Below the pieces are notes generated by a model. The model searched no databases. It was not told the DNA's origin and saw nothing but the letters and a program-made list of their open reading frames with translations. 39,858 nucleotides of DNA, from the IMG/VR virus record IMGVR_UViG_3300026522_000061. One strand, written 5' to 3'. Below are positions 1 through 9,651 of this stretch, one piece after another (position 1 is the stretch's first letter; each line of letters starts with the position of its first letter). The DNA is from a virus. A program made the position numbers and the translations under genes.

Positions 1-127
1 GTAACGCGGTAGCTGCTGCCCGTAGCCTGCTGGATAGGTATAGTATAGCTGGCTTGTATCGTGTCGCTCTGCGTGCCATACGATACGGTGGCTACCATCT
101 TTATAACCGCGGGTGCATAGCCAGCCA
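1..127. repeat. Terminal direct repeat, copy A (identical to 39732-39858)
   Basis: Base-by-base identity read directly from the sequence. A 127-nt length is typical of an assembler k-mer overlap on a circular contig. Confidence 0.95.
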
Positions 128-488
128 GTGCCGCTATATTCTTAACGATTTGCAGGCCATAATACAGCTGGTCGCCACTTGGTGCCACGGTCTTGAAATA
201 CCCGGCAAACGTGCCAGTAGATACGCCACCGCTAAACGTAATCTTTGTGCCGTTAAAATAGTATTCCATCCCGTCGGGGTTGGCTACTCCCTCAGCCACG
301 CGGCTGCTGGTGCAGACGAAATACAAAATAGGCTTTAGGGCTTCAAAGTTCGGGTAAATGGCCGTTACGTCGTTGGTCGTACCCTCGTAGTCTTGGTATA
401 GGTCGCCGCTTGGCGACATAATGGCAGCGGTGTAGGTGCCCGCCTTTGAAATAAACTTAATCGCCCTACTGGTGCTTGCTACGCTCAT
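1..488 (-). CDS. 5' part of a wrapped tail-associated Ig-like protein gene; continues at 39731 down to 39176, about 347 aa in total
   Basis: I translated the minus strand from ATG 488-486 down to position 96 and found no stop codon. The frame joins the 39829 ORF through the 127-bp repeat. The start makes an ATGA overlap with the stop of the 485-919 gene. Confidence 0.75.
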   Translation of the reverse strand, partial: MSVASTSRAIKFISKAGTYTAAIMSPSGDLYQDYEGTTNDVTAIYPNFEALKPILYFVCTSSRVAEGVANPDGMEYYFNGTKITFSGGVSTGTFAGYFKTVAPSGDQLYYGLQIVKNIAALAGYAPAVIKMVATVSYGTQSDTIQASYTIPIQQATGSSYRV

Positions 489-919
489 ACTGTTTCAGTG
501 TTAGGGGTTTCACTTTCGGCGGCTTCGGCATTTTCGGCTACGTTTTCGGCCTCTGCGCTTTCTCCGTCTGTTTGTTCCTCATTCTCAGCTGGTTTTTCCG
601 TTGTTTCGGTCGGTGTTTCGGTGGCTTCGGCCTCTGCCGGTTCTTCCGCTACCGGCTCGTCTTTCTCTACGACAAAGCGCGGGTCGGTGGCTATCGGCAG
701 CTCACGCACTACCGTACCGTCCTGCTCTTGTCTTGCCTCGTGCGCCATCAGCGCAATACCGCCGATTTGCTCCAGTATCTGCGGCAGGTCGGTTAGTCTG
801 CCCAGCGGCAGTATATCTGCCTGCCAAAGCAAATAATTACCGTCCTTTACTTGGTTTCTGTCATTCTCTACGCGCAGGAACTGCGCTACCTTGGGGTTTG
901 CTTTAATGTACCTTGCCAT
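485..919 (-). CDS. Hypothetical structural-module protein with a long acidic, low-complexity E/A/T-rich C-terminal tail
   Basis: 144-aa ORF in the tail gene string, tightly packed with its neighbours. Confidence 0.7.
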   Translation of the reverse strand: MARYIKANPKVAQFLRVENDRNQVKDGNYLLWQADILPLGRLTDLPQILEQIGGIALMAHEARQEQDGTVVRELPIATDPRFVVEKDEPVAEEPAEAEATETPTETTEKPAENEEQTDGESAEAENVAENAEAAESETPNTETV

Positions 920-931
920 AACTTTATACTT

Positions 932-2086
932 TTAGTGGATAATCAATACTGCGCCGTCAGCGTCGCAGAATACTGCGCCGTCGGCTGCATCTGTAAACGC
1001 ACCGGCGTAGCCTCTATCCTTAACGTCCAGCCCGATAACCGCGCCGTAGTTCTTATCCATAGCGGTAGTGGGGATAGTAGGGTTTTGGCCGTGCGCCACC
1101 AGTGCGTAACTTAGGCTGCCGGATGCCTTGTTAGTGGCGATATACCACAGCGGCAGCAGCTCTTTTTCCCAGCCGTCTATCTCACCCTTTGCGCCCTGCA
1201 CTATGGCAGTAGGGCAAACGGCCAGTATGCCAGCAGGGACGTTATACGGCACGCCCGTATAGTCGTACTCGTATTTTGGTATGCGCCGCACAAATACCGC
1301 TTCTGCCTGCGGCGTTCCCTCGGTAAGCGATACGCTGGACGGGTTGCCGTTTGGGTCATACTTGCAGCGGCAGCGCAAATGCAGTTCGCTGCCCATCAGC
1401 CAGCGGTTAATCGTGGCCGTGCTGCCGTTAATGGTAATATCGTAGTCCATTACCGCGTCACTCTCGCAGGTGTGCCACGCGCCCGCCTCATCCTGCATTT
1501 CCCACACCAGCGCGTATTTGGACGCGTCGCAAACGTGGTCGCCCAGCCATACGGTAGTCGTTACGGTCTGCGTGGTAGCGTCCGTTATCGGGTTATACAC
1601 TGTCTGCCCTGCGGTGTCCAGCTCTACGCGGATTAGGTCGGACGCGCTGCTGCACTCCAGCATATAACTGCCTTGGATTATCAGCAGCTGGCCGTTACGG
1701 GTGTCTGTGTACTCGGCATAGAAAGCCAGCGTAATAGGTACTTTCGGCTGCGCGTTCTTCTTAACCTTGATACGCCCTGCGTTTCCGCCGCTGGTCGTAA
1801 TCTCGTAGCTGGCGTTATCGGATGCTATCAGCGTCTTGGTACCGTTGATAATCTCGTACCAGCGTATGTTTGTTAGGCTCTGATTAACTCGGCCCGCTTG
1901 CAGTACCGCGTCCTTGTCCAGTATGGATATAACGGGCTGGATAACTACCGGGGTAATAGTATAGTCCGGGGTAAACTCCTTTGTATCGGCGTTATAATTC
2001 TGCTGGTCGGGTACGCTGCCCTCTACAGCCAGCGATATTTGCATCTGTAGGGGCTTCCAGTTAAAATCAAATCTTCTTGTTTTCAT
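932..2086 (-). CDS. Tail or baseplate-associated protein (beta-rich, Ig-like repeats)
   Basis: 384-aa ORF in the distal tail gene string. Function is inferred from position only. Confidence 0.7.
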   Translation of the reverse strand: MKTRRFDFNWKPLQMQISLAVEGSVPDQQNYNADTKEFTPDYTITPVVIQPVISILDKDAVLQAGRVNQSLTNIRWYEIINGTKTLIASDNASYEITTSGGNAGRIKVKKNAQPKVPITLAFYAEYTDTRNGQLLIIQGSYMLECSSASDLIRVELDTAGQTVYNPITDATTQTVTTTVWLGDHVCDASKYALVWEMQDEAGAWHTCESDAVMDYDITINGSTATINRWLMGSELHLRCRCKYDPNGNPSSVSLTEGTPQAEAVFVRRIPKYEYDYTGVPYNVPAGILAVCPTAIVQGAKGEIDGWEKELLPLWYIATNKASGSLSYALVAHGQNPTIPTTAMDKNYGAVIGLDVKDRGYAGAFTDAADGAVFCDADGAVLIIH

Positions 2087-2102
2087 ATCTGTACCTTTCT
2101 AT

Positions 2103-3677
2103 TTAATACTGGAAAATCGCGCTTTCGGTACCCACTTCGTTGCCCATACCATCGCGCAAAGTCACAGTAGCGATAAATTTCAGCGTTCGCGGCATATAGC
2201 CGTTTAGGTCGCAGTCCTCGATAGTCAGCGATAGGGATTTGCCAGCACCCGCGCGTTTCAGTGCCCACGCATTATCTGAGGCAGTGCGCGGTACGCCGTT
2301 AGCATCTTCGCTGTAGCGTGTCCATTCCACATCAGCCGGCAGTATATCGTCCGTTATATCCATATTGTACAGACGGGCGATAATGGTAAGCGTTAGGCTA
2401 AAGCGGTCGGGGTCGAAAATGTAATCAGTATCGGCAAAGTCCACTGTAAAAGCTGGGTTGCCCTCCACCATCGCCCAGTCGGTATTATTCCAGGCAGGCG
2501 CAGTCTTTGTTAGGTTCTTCATGCAGCGATACTTGCAGCCATTGTACCAAACGTCCGATGTTTCGTACTGGCCTGTACCTGGGTTTACTGCCTCGCTGTA
2601 GTAGTTGGCCGCTGCGTTCCATTCGCCTCTATCTACGTAGGTAACTATCGGCTTACCCTGGTAGTCGATGCGTATAATGTCCTGTACTATCAAACCACGC
2701 GCATAAACGTAGTCCTGGCCATCTACCAGCGGCAGGCCCATTTCCTTTAGAAATTCGGGCGTGCTGCCAAAGGTCGCGCCGTAGTTGCTCTTATCTATTA
2801 TGGGCTTTGTTACGCCTGTAAGGTGTACGATGCGGCCCTCTGTGCTGGATAGGTAAAAGCAGCTCTGCCGTGTAGTGTCGCTTTGGTTTCCCCATCGGGC
2901 AAACTTCATCAGCTCTACAGGTGGGTAGTTCTTTCCTGCCGGTGTGTCGGCATCGGGGTATAGCGATACTTCGATATAGTTTAGTGCAGGGTTTACGCTG
3001 TTTACCCTCATCCAGGATGTGTAGTACGTACCGCTGCCACTGGCCAGGGTGTTTACGATACCCTTTAGTACGTTGCCCTCTTTCTGCGCGGTAAAATAGC
3101 CATCCCATTTGCTGTGCAGATACAGCCCATAGGTGCCATCGCCGTTATCTACGATGCTGTCTATAGTGTCGCCCTCTGTTAGCAGCTGGTCGCCCTCTAT
3201 CGCAGATAGACGGTTTACTATATATTCCATCGCCTCAAAGTAGCTGCGTACTCGCACGCTCTCAAATTCAGCGTTACCCAGCGCGTCGATGCCTGCGCCT
3301 GTACCGGCGTAGAGGCTCTTAATAAAGGTGCCAAAGGTAGCACCATCCTTAAAGATAGCCGTACCGATGGCTATTAAGCCCTGCTGGAAAGTTATAACGC
3401 CCTGGGCTATGTCGTCGGTTAGCCTACTTAAAAACCTTTCGTTTAGTGGGCTGTCCTCTGCTACATCGCCTGCTACGTCGGCATAGGCTGCGCGCGATGC
3501 CTGGCCAGCGCGGTTAGCATAGTCGGCCTGTTCTGCCCAGCCAGCACGCCCAGCCCTGGCAGCGTAGTGCGCTTCCTGCGCTACGCCACTGCCACCATAG
3601 CCGTTACCGCCTGTAGGCGTACCACCGCCACTGCTGCCCTGCTGCTTTGGCTTCGCTATTATCTTTACGTCTATCAT
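2103..3677 (-). CDS. Tail fibre-like protein
   Basis: 524-aa ORF. It has a Gly-rich N-terminus followed by a repetitive A-x-x-A/RAG segment (AHYAARAGRAGWAEQADYANRAGQASRAAYADVAG) typical of phage fibre shafts. Its start overlaps the upstream gene (ATGA). Confidence 0.7.
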   Translation of the reverse strand: MIDVKIIAKPKQQGSSGGGTPTGGNGYGGSGVAQEAHYAARAGRAGWAEQADYANRAGQASRAAYADVAGDVAEDSPLNERFLSRLTDDIAQGVITFQQGLIAIGTAIFKDGATFGTFIKSLYAGTGAGIDALGNAEFESVRVRSYFEAMEYIVNRLSAIEGDQLLTEGDTIDSIVDNGDGTYGLYLHSKWDGYFTAQKEGNVLKGIVNTLASGSGTYYTSWMRVNSVNPALNYIEVSLYPDADTPAGKNYPPVELMKFARWGNQSDTTRQSCFYLSSTEGRIVHLTGVTKPIIDKSNYGATFGSTPEFLKEMGLPLVDGQDYVYARGLIVQDIIRIDYQGKPIVTYVDRGEWNAAANYYSEAVNPGTGQYETSDVWYNGCKYRCMKNLTKTAPAWNNTDWAMVEGNPAFTVDFADTDYIFDPDRFSLTLTIIARLYNMDITDDILPADVEWTRYSEDANGVPRTASDNAWALKRAGAGKSLSLTIEDCDLNGYMPRTLKFIATVTLRDGMGNEVGTESAIFQY

Positions 3678-6364
3678 TCGCCTATCTCCTTTAGTGTTAG
3701 TGTGGCACTGGCTTCTATAAGGTTGCGGCTAATGCCTTGCACAAAGAATTTCTTGCCCAGTGCAGGATGTATGTAATGGTCGAAAAGTCCCACGTTACCG
3801 ATGGCATCTATAAGGGCCTGTTCCATAATGACGCGCGGCAGGTGGTATTCCTGGTAGTAGCTATCCACGTACAGCTGTTCGGGCTTTGCCTGCGCCTGCT
3901 TTGCGTAGTCGTAGATGCTTAGCAGGCCATCGCCGGTAGCTACATTAAGCGGCGTGGAAAGCTTCACGCTGTTAGGTACGCCCAGCTGCTTGCACTCTGC
4001 CGATGTAAGCATGGTGGTTATCTTAAATTCCAGGTCGTCTTTTATGTTCCTAAATTCTTCCCTGGTATCGCTCATGTAGATAATGTCGTTATCGTCGCCG
4101 TCGTTTTGGATAAGGCCGTTATCGCTATATACCTTAACTTCAAACTCCTTTACCAGGATGTCGGAAACGTGGGCCAGCAGCGGTATGCTGTTGCTGTGCC
4201 ATTTCGTATGCCGGAAAAAGGTAGGATGCCTGCGCGTTATTTCGTCCCATATCGCATTAACAGGGCCTAATATCATAAACTTAACCTGGCCACTAACCTT
4301 ATCGGATTTGTGGATAGGTATAGCGATGCCCTCTGCGTCTATGCCCATCGTGTAGTCGATGTTATTTTGCAGGCCAAATTCGGTACCTATCAACTTGTCG
4401 CCTATTTTGGGGTTAAAGCCTATCGTAAAGCTCTGCTGGTAGTACTCATCTTCGCTGCCGCATTGTTCCAGGGTCTTATATTTGCGCCAGGTAAAATCGC
4501 TGGTCTGCCCATCGGTGCCTGTCTCTACCACGCATTTATCGCCTATTATAAGCATGCAGGAAAGCACAGCCACTTTGCTTATCGTGTCGGTGCTGTCGCC
4601 TATAGCACTGTACTTAAATTCGTACTTTTCGGGGCCTTTGCCGGTGTACGGCAGCAGCCCATCGTCGGTGTTATAGTCCCAGCTCGCTTCGTCGGTAGGC
4701 AGCGTAGCTTTCCAGTATTTACGTGTATAGTAGCGGCCATCGCCGTTATCGCGGCTGGGCACTGTCTTATGCCACCATCCAGGCACGTAAAAGCCGCCGT
4801 AGTTTTGTTGTATTGCGCCCCAGTCCTCTGTATCGTGCAGGGTTTTGTACGTGTCGGTCATAGCCATAACAGGGTTAAGTATCACTTTGCCCGATAGCAC
4901 GATATAGTTAGTGGTATCGTCGTCGGCAGGCGAAAACGTGCCGCCTGCTGCGTTGCCGGTATAGACGGCCATAGGGATGCTGGCCTTAATATCGGCATCC
5001 TGGGGGTAGTATTCGGTTTCTTTGTCGCTGCCATTGCCGTTTACCGATACAGCCAGGTAGTTAGTCATGTTTACTTTAGATACTGGGCTGTTATCGTCTT
5101 TTGCTGTGTTCATCTGTACGCTGCCGAAAGCGATAATGGCTGCGCCCAGGTTCTTAGCCATCCAGTTAGGTAGTGCCTGCTGGTTCTTACCCTGGCTACA
5201 GAAAAGCGTAATAAGTTCACCGCTGGGCGTAGGGAAACGCCAGACTACGTTATTCTTTACCTGTATATACCAGTCTGTAATCGTGCCAGCTCCATAGTTA
5301 GTGCTTTCGTCATGGCACATAGCCTTAAACGCGTTGTAGGCTGCCTTACCCTCGCCATCTGCGCTGTACTCTGTCATATACAGCTGCTTGTTACTGTAAG
5401 GCGATGTAAGCAAATCATAGTCCAGTGGGTTTTCTATGATGCTTTCTATTTCTTCCGTTTTGTCGGTTAGTTGCAGCTGGTTAAACACTTCGCCTACGCT
5501 TATCTGCGTATTCGTGTCGGCCACGTTATCGTTACCGATGGTAATAGTGTTCCTGGTAGTAGTCGCTATCCGCATGTTAGCGATATTACGCCAGGTAATC
5601 GTGCCGGTGCTTCTTACCGTTTCCCAGGAAAAGATGTAAAAGGTAAAGCCATCCTGGTAGATGTGCAAATTAAGGTAGCGCAGCAGCTCTGCCAGCACGT
5701 CGTTTTGCTGCCAGGTATCGTCTTGCTCATCGCCTAAAAATAGCAGCTCTGAAATGGCCAGCTGCCTAAATATGGTGTAGTGGTTTGTGTTGGCATTGTC
5801 GATGGCCTTACTGCCGTCGTAGAGGTAGCGCACAGTCTTACCGCCTACTATATCCAGGTCGGCAGTAACGCCATTAAGGATTTCGGCCAGGATGTCGTAA
5901 AAGCTGCGCTGTGTGGCATTATTCTTTACTTCGTCGTAGAATACGTCAAAGCTGCCGATATTGCGGTACAAAGAATACTGCAAAGCAGATAGCGCGTCGA
6001 TGCAGTTTATTTCTACTTCGTCCCACAGCTCGTTATATGGCTGGCTGTAGCTTTGTGGCTCGATAAAGCCTGCAAAGATGCAAACGCCATCCTGGTAGAT
6101 GTTCACTACGGCATCGCGCGCAGACGCGCCAAAGAAATCGGGCACATAGTCACGCGCCAGCAGCCGTATGGTAGCAGACTGGCACAGTAGATGGTCGAAA
6201 GTGTCGTTTACTTCGCTGGTAATCTCTACTGGGCTGTCGGCAGGAAATTGCAGCTGTAGGCTATCGGGGCTTATCTCGATTTCCTGGGTACGGTCGCCGC
6301 CGGTTACGATGTAAACCGTAATCGCTGCGCTATTCTGTGCTAAAAAGCTGCCATAGATATACAT
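3674..6364 (-). CDS. Large distal tail / baseplate protein (Dit-like position immediately after the tape measure)
   Basis: 896-aa ORF directly downstream of the tape measure gene. The call rests on synteny. Confidence 0.75.
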   Translation of the reverse strand: MYIYGSFLAQNSAAITVYIVTGGDRTQEIEISPDSLQLQFPADSPVEITSEVNDTFDHLLCQSATIRLLARDYVPDFFGASARDAVVNIYQDGVCIFAGFIEPQSYSQPYNELWDEVEINCIDALSALQYSLYRNIGSFDVFYDEVKNNATQRSFYDILAEILNGVTADLDIVGGKTVRYLYDGSKAIDNANTNHYTIFRQLAISELLFLGDEQDDTWQQNDVLAELLRYLNLHIYQDGFTFYIFSWETVRSTGTITWRNIANMRIATTTRNTITIGNDNVADTNTQISVGEVFNQLQLTDKTEEIESIIENPLDYDLLTSPYSNKQLYMTEYSADGEGKAAYNAFKAMCHDESTNYGAGTITDWYIQVKNNVVWRFPTPSGELITLFCSQGKNQQALPNWMAKNLGAAIIAFGSVQMNTAKDDNSPVSKVNMTNYLAVSVNGNGSDKETEYYPQDADIKASIPMAVYTGNAAGGTFSPADDDTTNYIVLSGKVILNPVMAMTDTYKTLHDTEDWGAIQQNYGGFYVPGWWHKTVPSRDNGDGRYYTRKYWKATLPTDEASWDYNTDDGLLPYTGKGPEKYEFKYSAIGDSTDTISKVAVLSCMLIIGDKCVVETGTDGQTSDFTWRKYKTLEQCGSEDEYYQQSFTIGFNPKIGDKLIGTEFGLQNNIDYTMGIDAEGIAIPIHKSDKVSGQVKFMILGPVNAIWDEITRRHPTFFRHTKWHSNSIPLLAHVSDILVKEFEVKVYSDNGLIQNDGDDNDIIYMSDTREEFRNIKDDLEFKITTMLTSAECKQLGVPNSVKLSTPLNVATGDGLLSIYDYAKQAQAKPEQLYVDSYYQEYHLPRVIMEQALIDAIGNVGLFDHYIHPALGKKFFVQGISRNLIEASATLTLKEIGE

Positions 6365-6369
6365 ACTGC

Positions 6370-8985
6370 CTAAACCTTTATATTTGTCCTACGTCCCGAT
6401 TTGCTGCTTACCCTGGTTTCGTTAGCCATAACGCCTACCAGCTTACGGCCCTCTATCTCAAAGCGCACGTTACCGCCTACGCCACCCTGGGGCTGTAGCA
6501 TACTGCGTAGCTTATCCAGTGGGGCTACCACTTCGGGGTTATTGCTTGCGCCTGCGTACTCTCCGATAAGGGCGTATGTGGGGCCGCTTACCACGCCGCC
6601 ATCGGCCAGCATCGGAATACCTGCCGCTGTTACTGCTGCCAGCATCGCGGTAGTAAATCCCATAGCGATACCAAAACCCGCAAACGGTATATATGCGTGT
6701 GCGGCCATATACTCGGCTGCCGCTAATTCTTTCCAGCTGGCCGCCTCCAGCTTGTTAGCGGTAATAATAGCCGCAGACGATGCCGCGTTAGTGGCCACCG
6801 TTGTTCCTCGTACTGTAGCCTCGGTAGTCTCTGCCGCAGCTTCTACGCCCTTAGTGGCCGCGTGCGCAGCACTGGCACCAGTAAGCAGGTTAATAATGCC
6901 TACTACCGTCTGTATGCCGTTGTATAGGCCTATAAATCCGTCGATAAGGCCTACTACTATCTGCCACGCGCTGCCGTTGCCCTTTAACGCGTCGGTTATA
7001 CCCTCCACGCTGCGGGCTATATTCTTTATACCACCCCATCCGTCTTGCAGCGATTTGCCTACAGATACGCTGGTTTTCTCGGCCTCCTTTCCTGCGTTTT
7101 TGATAGCGTCGGCCTTAGCGTTCCACGCGTCTATCTGCTTGTTAATGGCCGCGGCCTCGTCTATGGTCGCAGTCTGTAGCTGGTCAGTAAGTATGCTAAT
7201 GTTATCGTTAATATCCTTTAAGGTCTTAGCGTCCTCTTTCCACAGCGGGCCGCTATCTACAGCTTTGCCCGCGTTCTTGATAGCGTCGGCCTTAGCGTTC
7301 CACGCGTCTATCTGCTGGTTAATGGTCGCTGCTTCCTCTTTGCTGGCAGTTTGTAACTTCTCCTGCAATATGCTGATATTATCGCCTATCTCCTTTAAGG
7401 TGGTCGCGTCCTCTTTCCAAAGTGGGCTATTATCCTCCGCAGCTTTGCCCGCGTTCTCGATAGCGTCGGCCTTTTCCTGCCAGCCAGCTATCTGCTGGTT
7501 AATGGCCGCCGCTTCTTCTATGCTGGCCGTCTGTAGCTTCTTACGCAGTATATCTATATTATCGTTAATCGCCTTTAAGGTGGCCGCGTTTGCGTCGAAT
7601 TTTGGTACCTCCACATTTGGGGTAGTGGCCTTGCCTCCGGTTGGCTTAGGCTTGCCCGGCGGGTTCGCGTATTTCTTCTGTGTCTCGGCCAAATCAATTT
7701 TAGGCGCGGCTTTCGGCTTTGTTACCTTTACGGCTACATCTACTTTCTTGCCTCCCAGTCCCAGTATGTTTTTAAGCCACTCCCACGCCTCTTTGCACTT
7801 CTCTACCAGCCACTCGAAAGCCTTTGCCAATCCGTTCATAATGGCATTAGCCAGCGGCTTGATAGCCTCCCAAACGCTATCTACGATTTTGCGGAAACTC
7901 TCGCAGTTATTGTAGGCGGTAATTACCGCAGTAACCAGCAAACCGATAGCCGTAATGATTAAGCCGATAGGGTTAGCGGTCAGTATCATATTTAACACTA
8001 CCTGCGCTGCTTTCCACGCGTTTGTAGCGATAGTAACCACTTTCTGCGCAGCCGCTACAGCCAGCGTAGCCACCTTGTTTTTGATAGTGGCCGCTGTGGA
8101 TGCTATAAACGCCTTGGTGCTTGCGTACAGCGTAGTGGTCAGTGTCTTAATACCGGTTATCAATGTAGAAACGGCGGCTAACGCTTGGCTGGCCTGCGCT
8201 GCCATCGTGACAAACGGCAGGGCACCGTTTACCAGCCCGCCTATCTGTTCTTTCATATCGCCCAGCGTATTGACTAACTGCTGCTGCTTACCGCTGTCTG
8301 TGGCCGCTAATTCGGCGTTCATATCGCCGACATTGTTCTGTATCACTTGGGCCAGCATTGCCGCGCGTTCCTGCTCGGTACCGTACTTGATAACGTTAGC
8401 CTCAGCCTCGGTAAACGATATGCCCACGCGCTTTAGCGCATCTACTTGGCCCATCATCGCTTTACCCATCAAATTACCAACCTGCACCGCGTCGCCCGTG
8501 CTGGCGTTCAGTCCCTTTTGCTGTGCTAACAAATTGTTCATCGCAGGTATCAGCGTTTCTAAACTTGCCTTTTCATTCAGAAACGTTGCTATCTGCTGCG
8601 CCCCGGATAACTGCACCTCATCACCGATAACGCCTATTTTCTGCTGCGCGCTGGCCAGTTCCTTGATGCTCTGTATTTCCGCATCGGTCGCACCCATACG
8701 CTGCTGCATAACGGTGGCTAACTTCGTCTCTGCCACTTCCTGCACCGCGTATGCGTCGGCCAAATCTTTCATACCGCTTTGCAGCTGGCTAAAGCTACGC
8801 TGCGCCGCGTCTATGCCGGTAGCCAAAGCCGCGAAATTTATTACATTACCTTTCAGCTGCTGCGCCTCTGATAGCGTGGACGTAATAACCTGCTTTAGCC
8901 CGTCTGCGTCCTTGGCCAAATCCTTGAAACTCTTGCTATCGCCGTCCAGCTTGAAAGTAATGCTAATCGTACTTTTACCTGCCAT
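6370..8985 (-). CDS. Tail tape measure protein
   Basis: 871 aa, alpha-helical and Ala/Gln-rich, with hydrophobic segments and internal tandem repeats. It lies downstream of the G/T chaperone pair. Confidence 0.9.
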   Translation of the reverse strand: MAGKSTISITFKLDGDSKSFKDLAKDADGLKQVITSTLSEAQQLKGNVINFAALATGIDAAQRSFSQLQSGMKDLADAYAVQEVAETKLATVMQQRMGATDAEIQSIKELASAQQKIGVIGDEVQLSGAQQIATFLNEKASLETLIPAMNNLLAQQKGLNASTGDAVQVGNLMGKAMMGQVDALKRVGISFTEAEANVIKYGTEQERAAMLAQVIQNNVGDMNAELAATDSGKQQQLVNTLGDMKEQIGGLVNGALPFVTMAAQASQALAAVSTLITGIKTLTTTLYASTKAFIASTAATIKNKVATLAVAAAQKVVTIATNAWKAAQVVLNMILTANPIGLIITAIGLLVTAVITAYNNCESFRKIVDSVWEAIKPLANAIMNGLAKAFEWLVEKCKEAWEWLKNILGLGGKKVDVAVKVTKPKAAPKIDLAETQKKYANPPGKPKPTGGKATTPNVEVPKFDANAATLKAINDNIDILRKKLQTASIEEAAAINQQIAGWQEKADAIENAGKAAEDNSPLWKEDATTLKEIGDNISILQEKLQTASKEEAATINQQIDAWNAKADAIKNAGKAVDSGPLWKEDAKTLKDINDNISILTDQLQTATIDEAAAINKQIDAWNAKADAIKNAGKEAEKTSVSVGKSLQDGWGGIKNIARSVEGITDALKGNGSAWQIVVGLIDGFIGLYNGIQTVVGIINLLTGASAAHAATKGVEAAAETTEATVRGTTVATNAASSAAIITANKLEAASWKELAAAEYMAAHAYIPFAGFGIAMGFTTAMLAAVTAAGIPMLADGGVVSGPTYALIGEYAGASNNPEVVAPLDKLRSMLQPQGGVGGNVRFEIEGRKLVGVMANETRVSSKSGRRTNIKV
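7085..7597 (-). repeat. Three in-frame tandem repeats of about 177-180 nt (about 59-60 aa) inside the tape measure gene
   Basis: The anchor gatagcgtcggcc recurs at 7102, 7279 and 7459. The protein repeats read ...LK.I.DNISIL...LQTA..EEAA.INQQIDAWNAKADAIKNAGK... Confidence 0.85.
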
Positions 8986-8992
8986 ATCGTTG

Positions 8993-9268
8993 TTATTGTA
9001 GGCTGTCGCCCAGTTTCTTTACTAATTCTTCCATACGCCTGCGCTGCTGCTCCGGGGTGTATTCCTTTGCTTTCTTCGCGGCGGCTGCCTTTTTCTTATC
9101 CCACGGAAACGGCAGCAGTTTTTCCGGGGTTATCTTCTTGCCCTTGGCCAAATGCGGCTGTATGGTTATGGATGCCAGCAGGCGCATACGTTCCCAGTTG
9201 TTCTTATAATCGAAATCGCGCTGCTCTGCATAGGCTTTATAGACGGCTGCAAACTCTTGAAAATCCAT
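8993..9268 (-). CDS. Tail assembly chaperone T-segment, probably expressed as a G-T fusion by -1 frameshift; this frame is open up to 9349
   Basis: I translated the frame from 9349 to 9266 and found no stop (KLEPKGIYDLLGIALGCIRLSYDDFCKM...). It lies between the chaperone G ORF and the tape measure. Confidence 0.7.
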   Translation of the reverse strand: MDFQEFAAVYKAYAEQRDFDYKNNWERMRLLASITIQPHLAKGKKITPEKLLPFPWDKKKAAAAKKAKEYTPEQQRRRMEELVKKLGDSLQ

Positions 9269-9342
9269 CTTGCAGAAATCGTCGTAACTTAGCCGTATGC
9301 AGCCCAGCGCGATACCCAGTAAATCGTAGATGCCTTTAGGCT

Positions 9343-9645
9343 CTAACTTTTTTTTTCTTCACCCTCCGCAGGTGCAGCGGATGCCTGCACAGCGTTTGCC
9401 CACGCGGTCATATCCTCCGGGGAAAGCGCGTCGGCAAAATCCATCAGCGACATATCAAACGGCACCTTGTCGGCTGCTGAGGCGGACGCGACGCAGCAGT
9501 ACAGATACGCGCAAAGGTCGCTAAAACTGTTGCTGGTAATCTCCGTTACCTCCTTGCCCGTCTCCTTTTTGAAACGCAGCATAGCACCCATAGTAGGGCG
9601 GCAGGGGTAAACCTTGCCGTTTATGGTTACTTCTATCTTAGCCAT
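9343..9645 (-). CDS. Tail assembly chaperone (gpG-like)
   Basis: 100-aa ORF between the major tail protein and the tape measure, ending in the slippery A-run. Confidence 0.8.
   Translation of the reverse strand: MAKIEVTINGKVYPCRPTMGAMLRFKKETGKEVTEITSNSFSDLCAYLYCCVASASAADKVPFDMSLMDFADALSPEDMTAWANAVQASAAPAEGEEKKS
9349..9355 (-). promoter_or_regulatory. Candidate -1 programmed frameshift slippery heptamer A_AAA_AAA, within an A9 run at 9348-9356
   Basis: The mRNA reads GAA GAA AAA AAA AGT TAG at the end of the G ORF. A -1 shift enters the open T frame. Confidence 0.65.
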
Positions 9646-9651
9646 ACGCCT

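Noticed and set aside
1-127. The 127-bp terminal repeat as a biological direct terminal repeat or LTR
   Set aside because: It falls in the middle of a continuous ORF, and its length equals a common maximum assembler k-mer. It is best explained as circular-contig overlap, although this is not proven without reads.
6401-9001. Very long plus-strand ORFs (504 aa and 348 aa) antisense to the tape measure gene
   Set aside because: These are low-complexity Ala/Ser/Leu shadow frames of a GC-biased repetitive gene, with no independent signals. The minus-strand tape measure reading fits the synteny.
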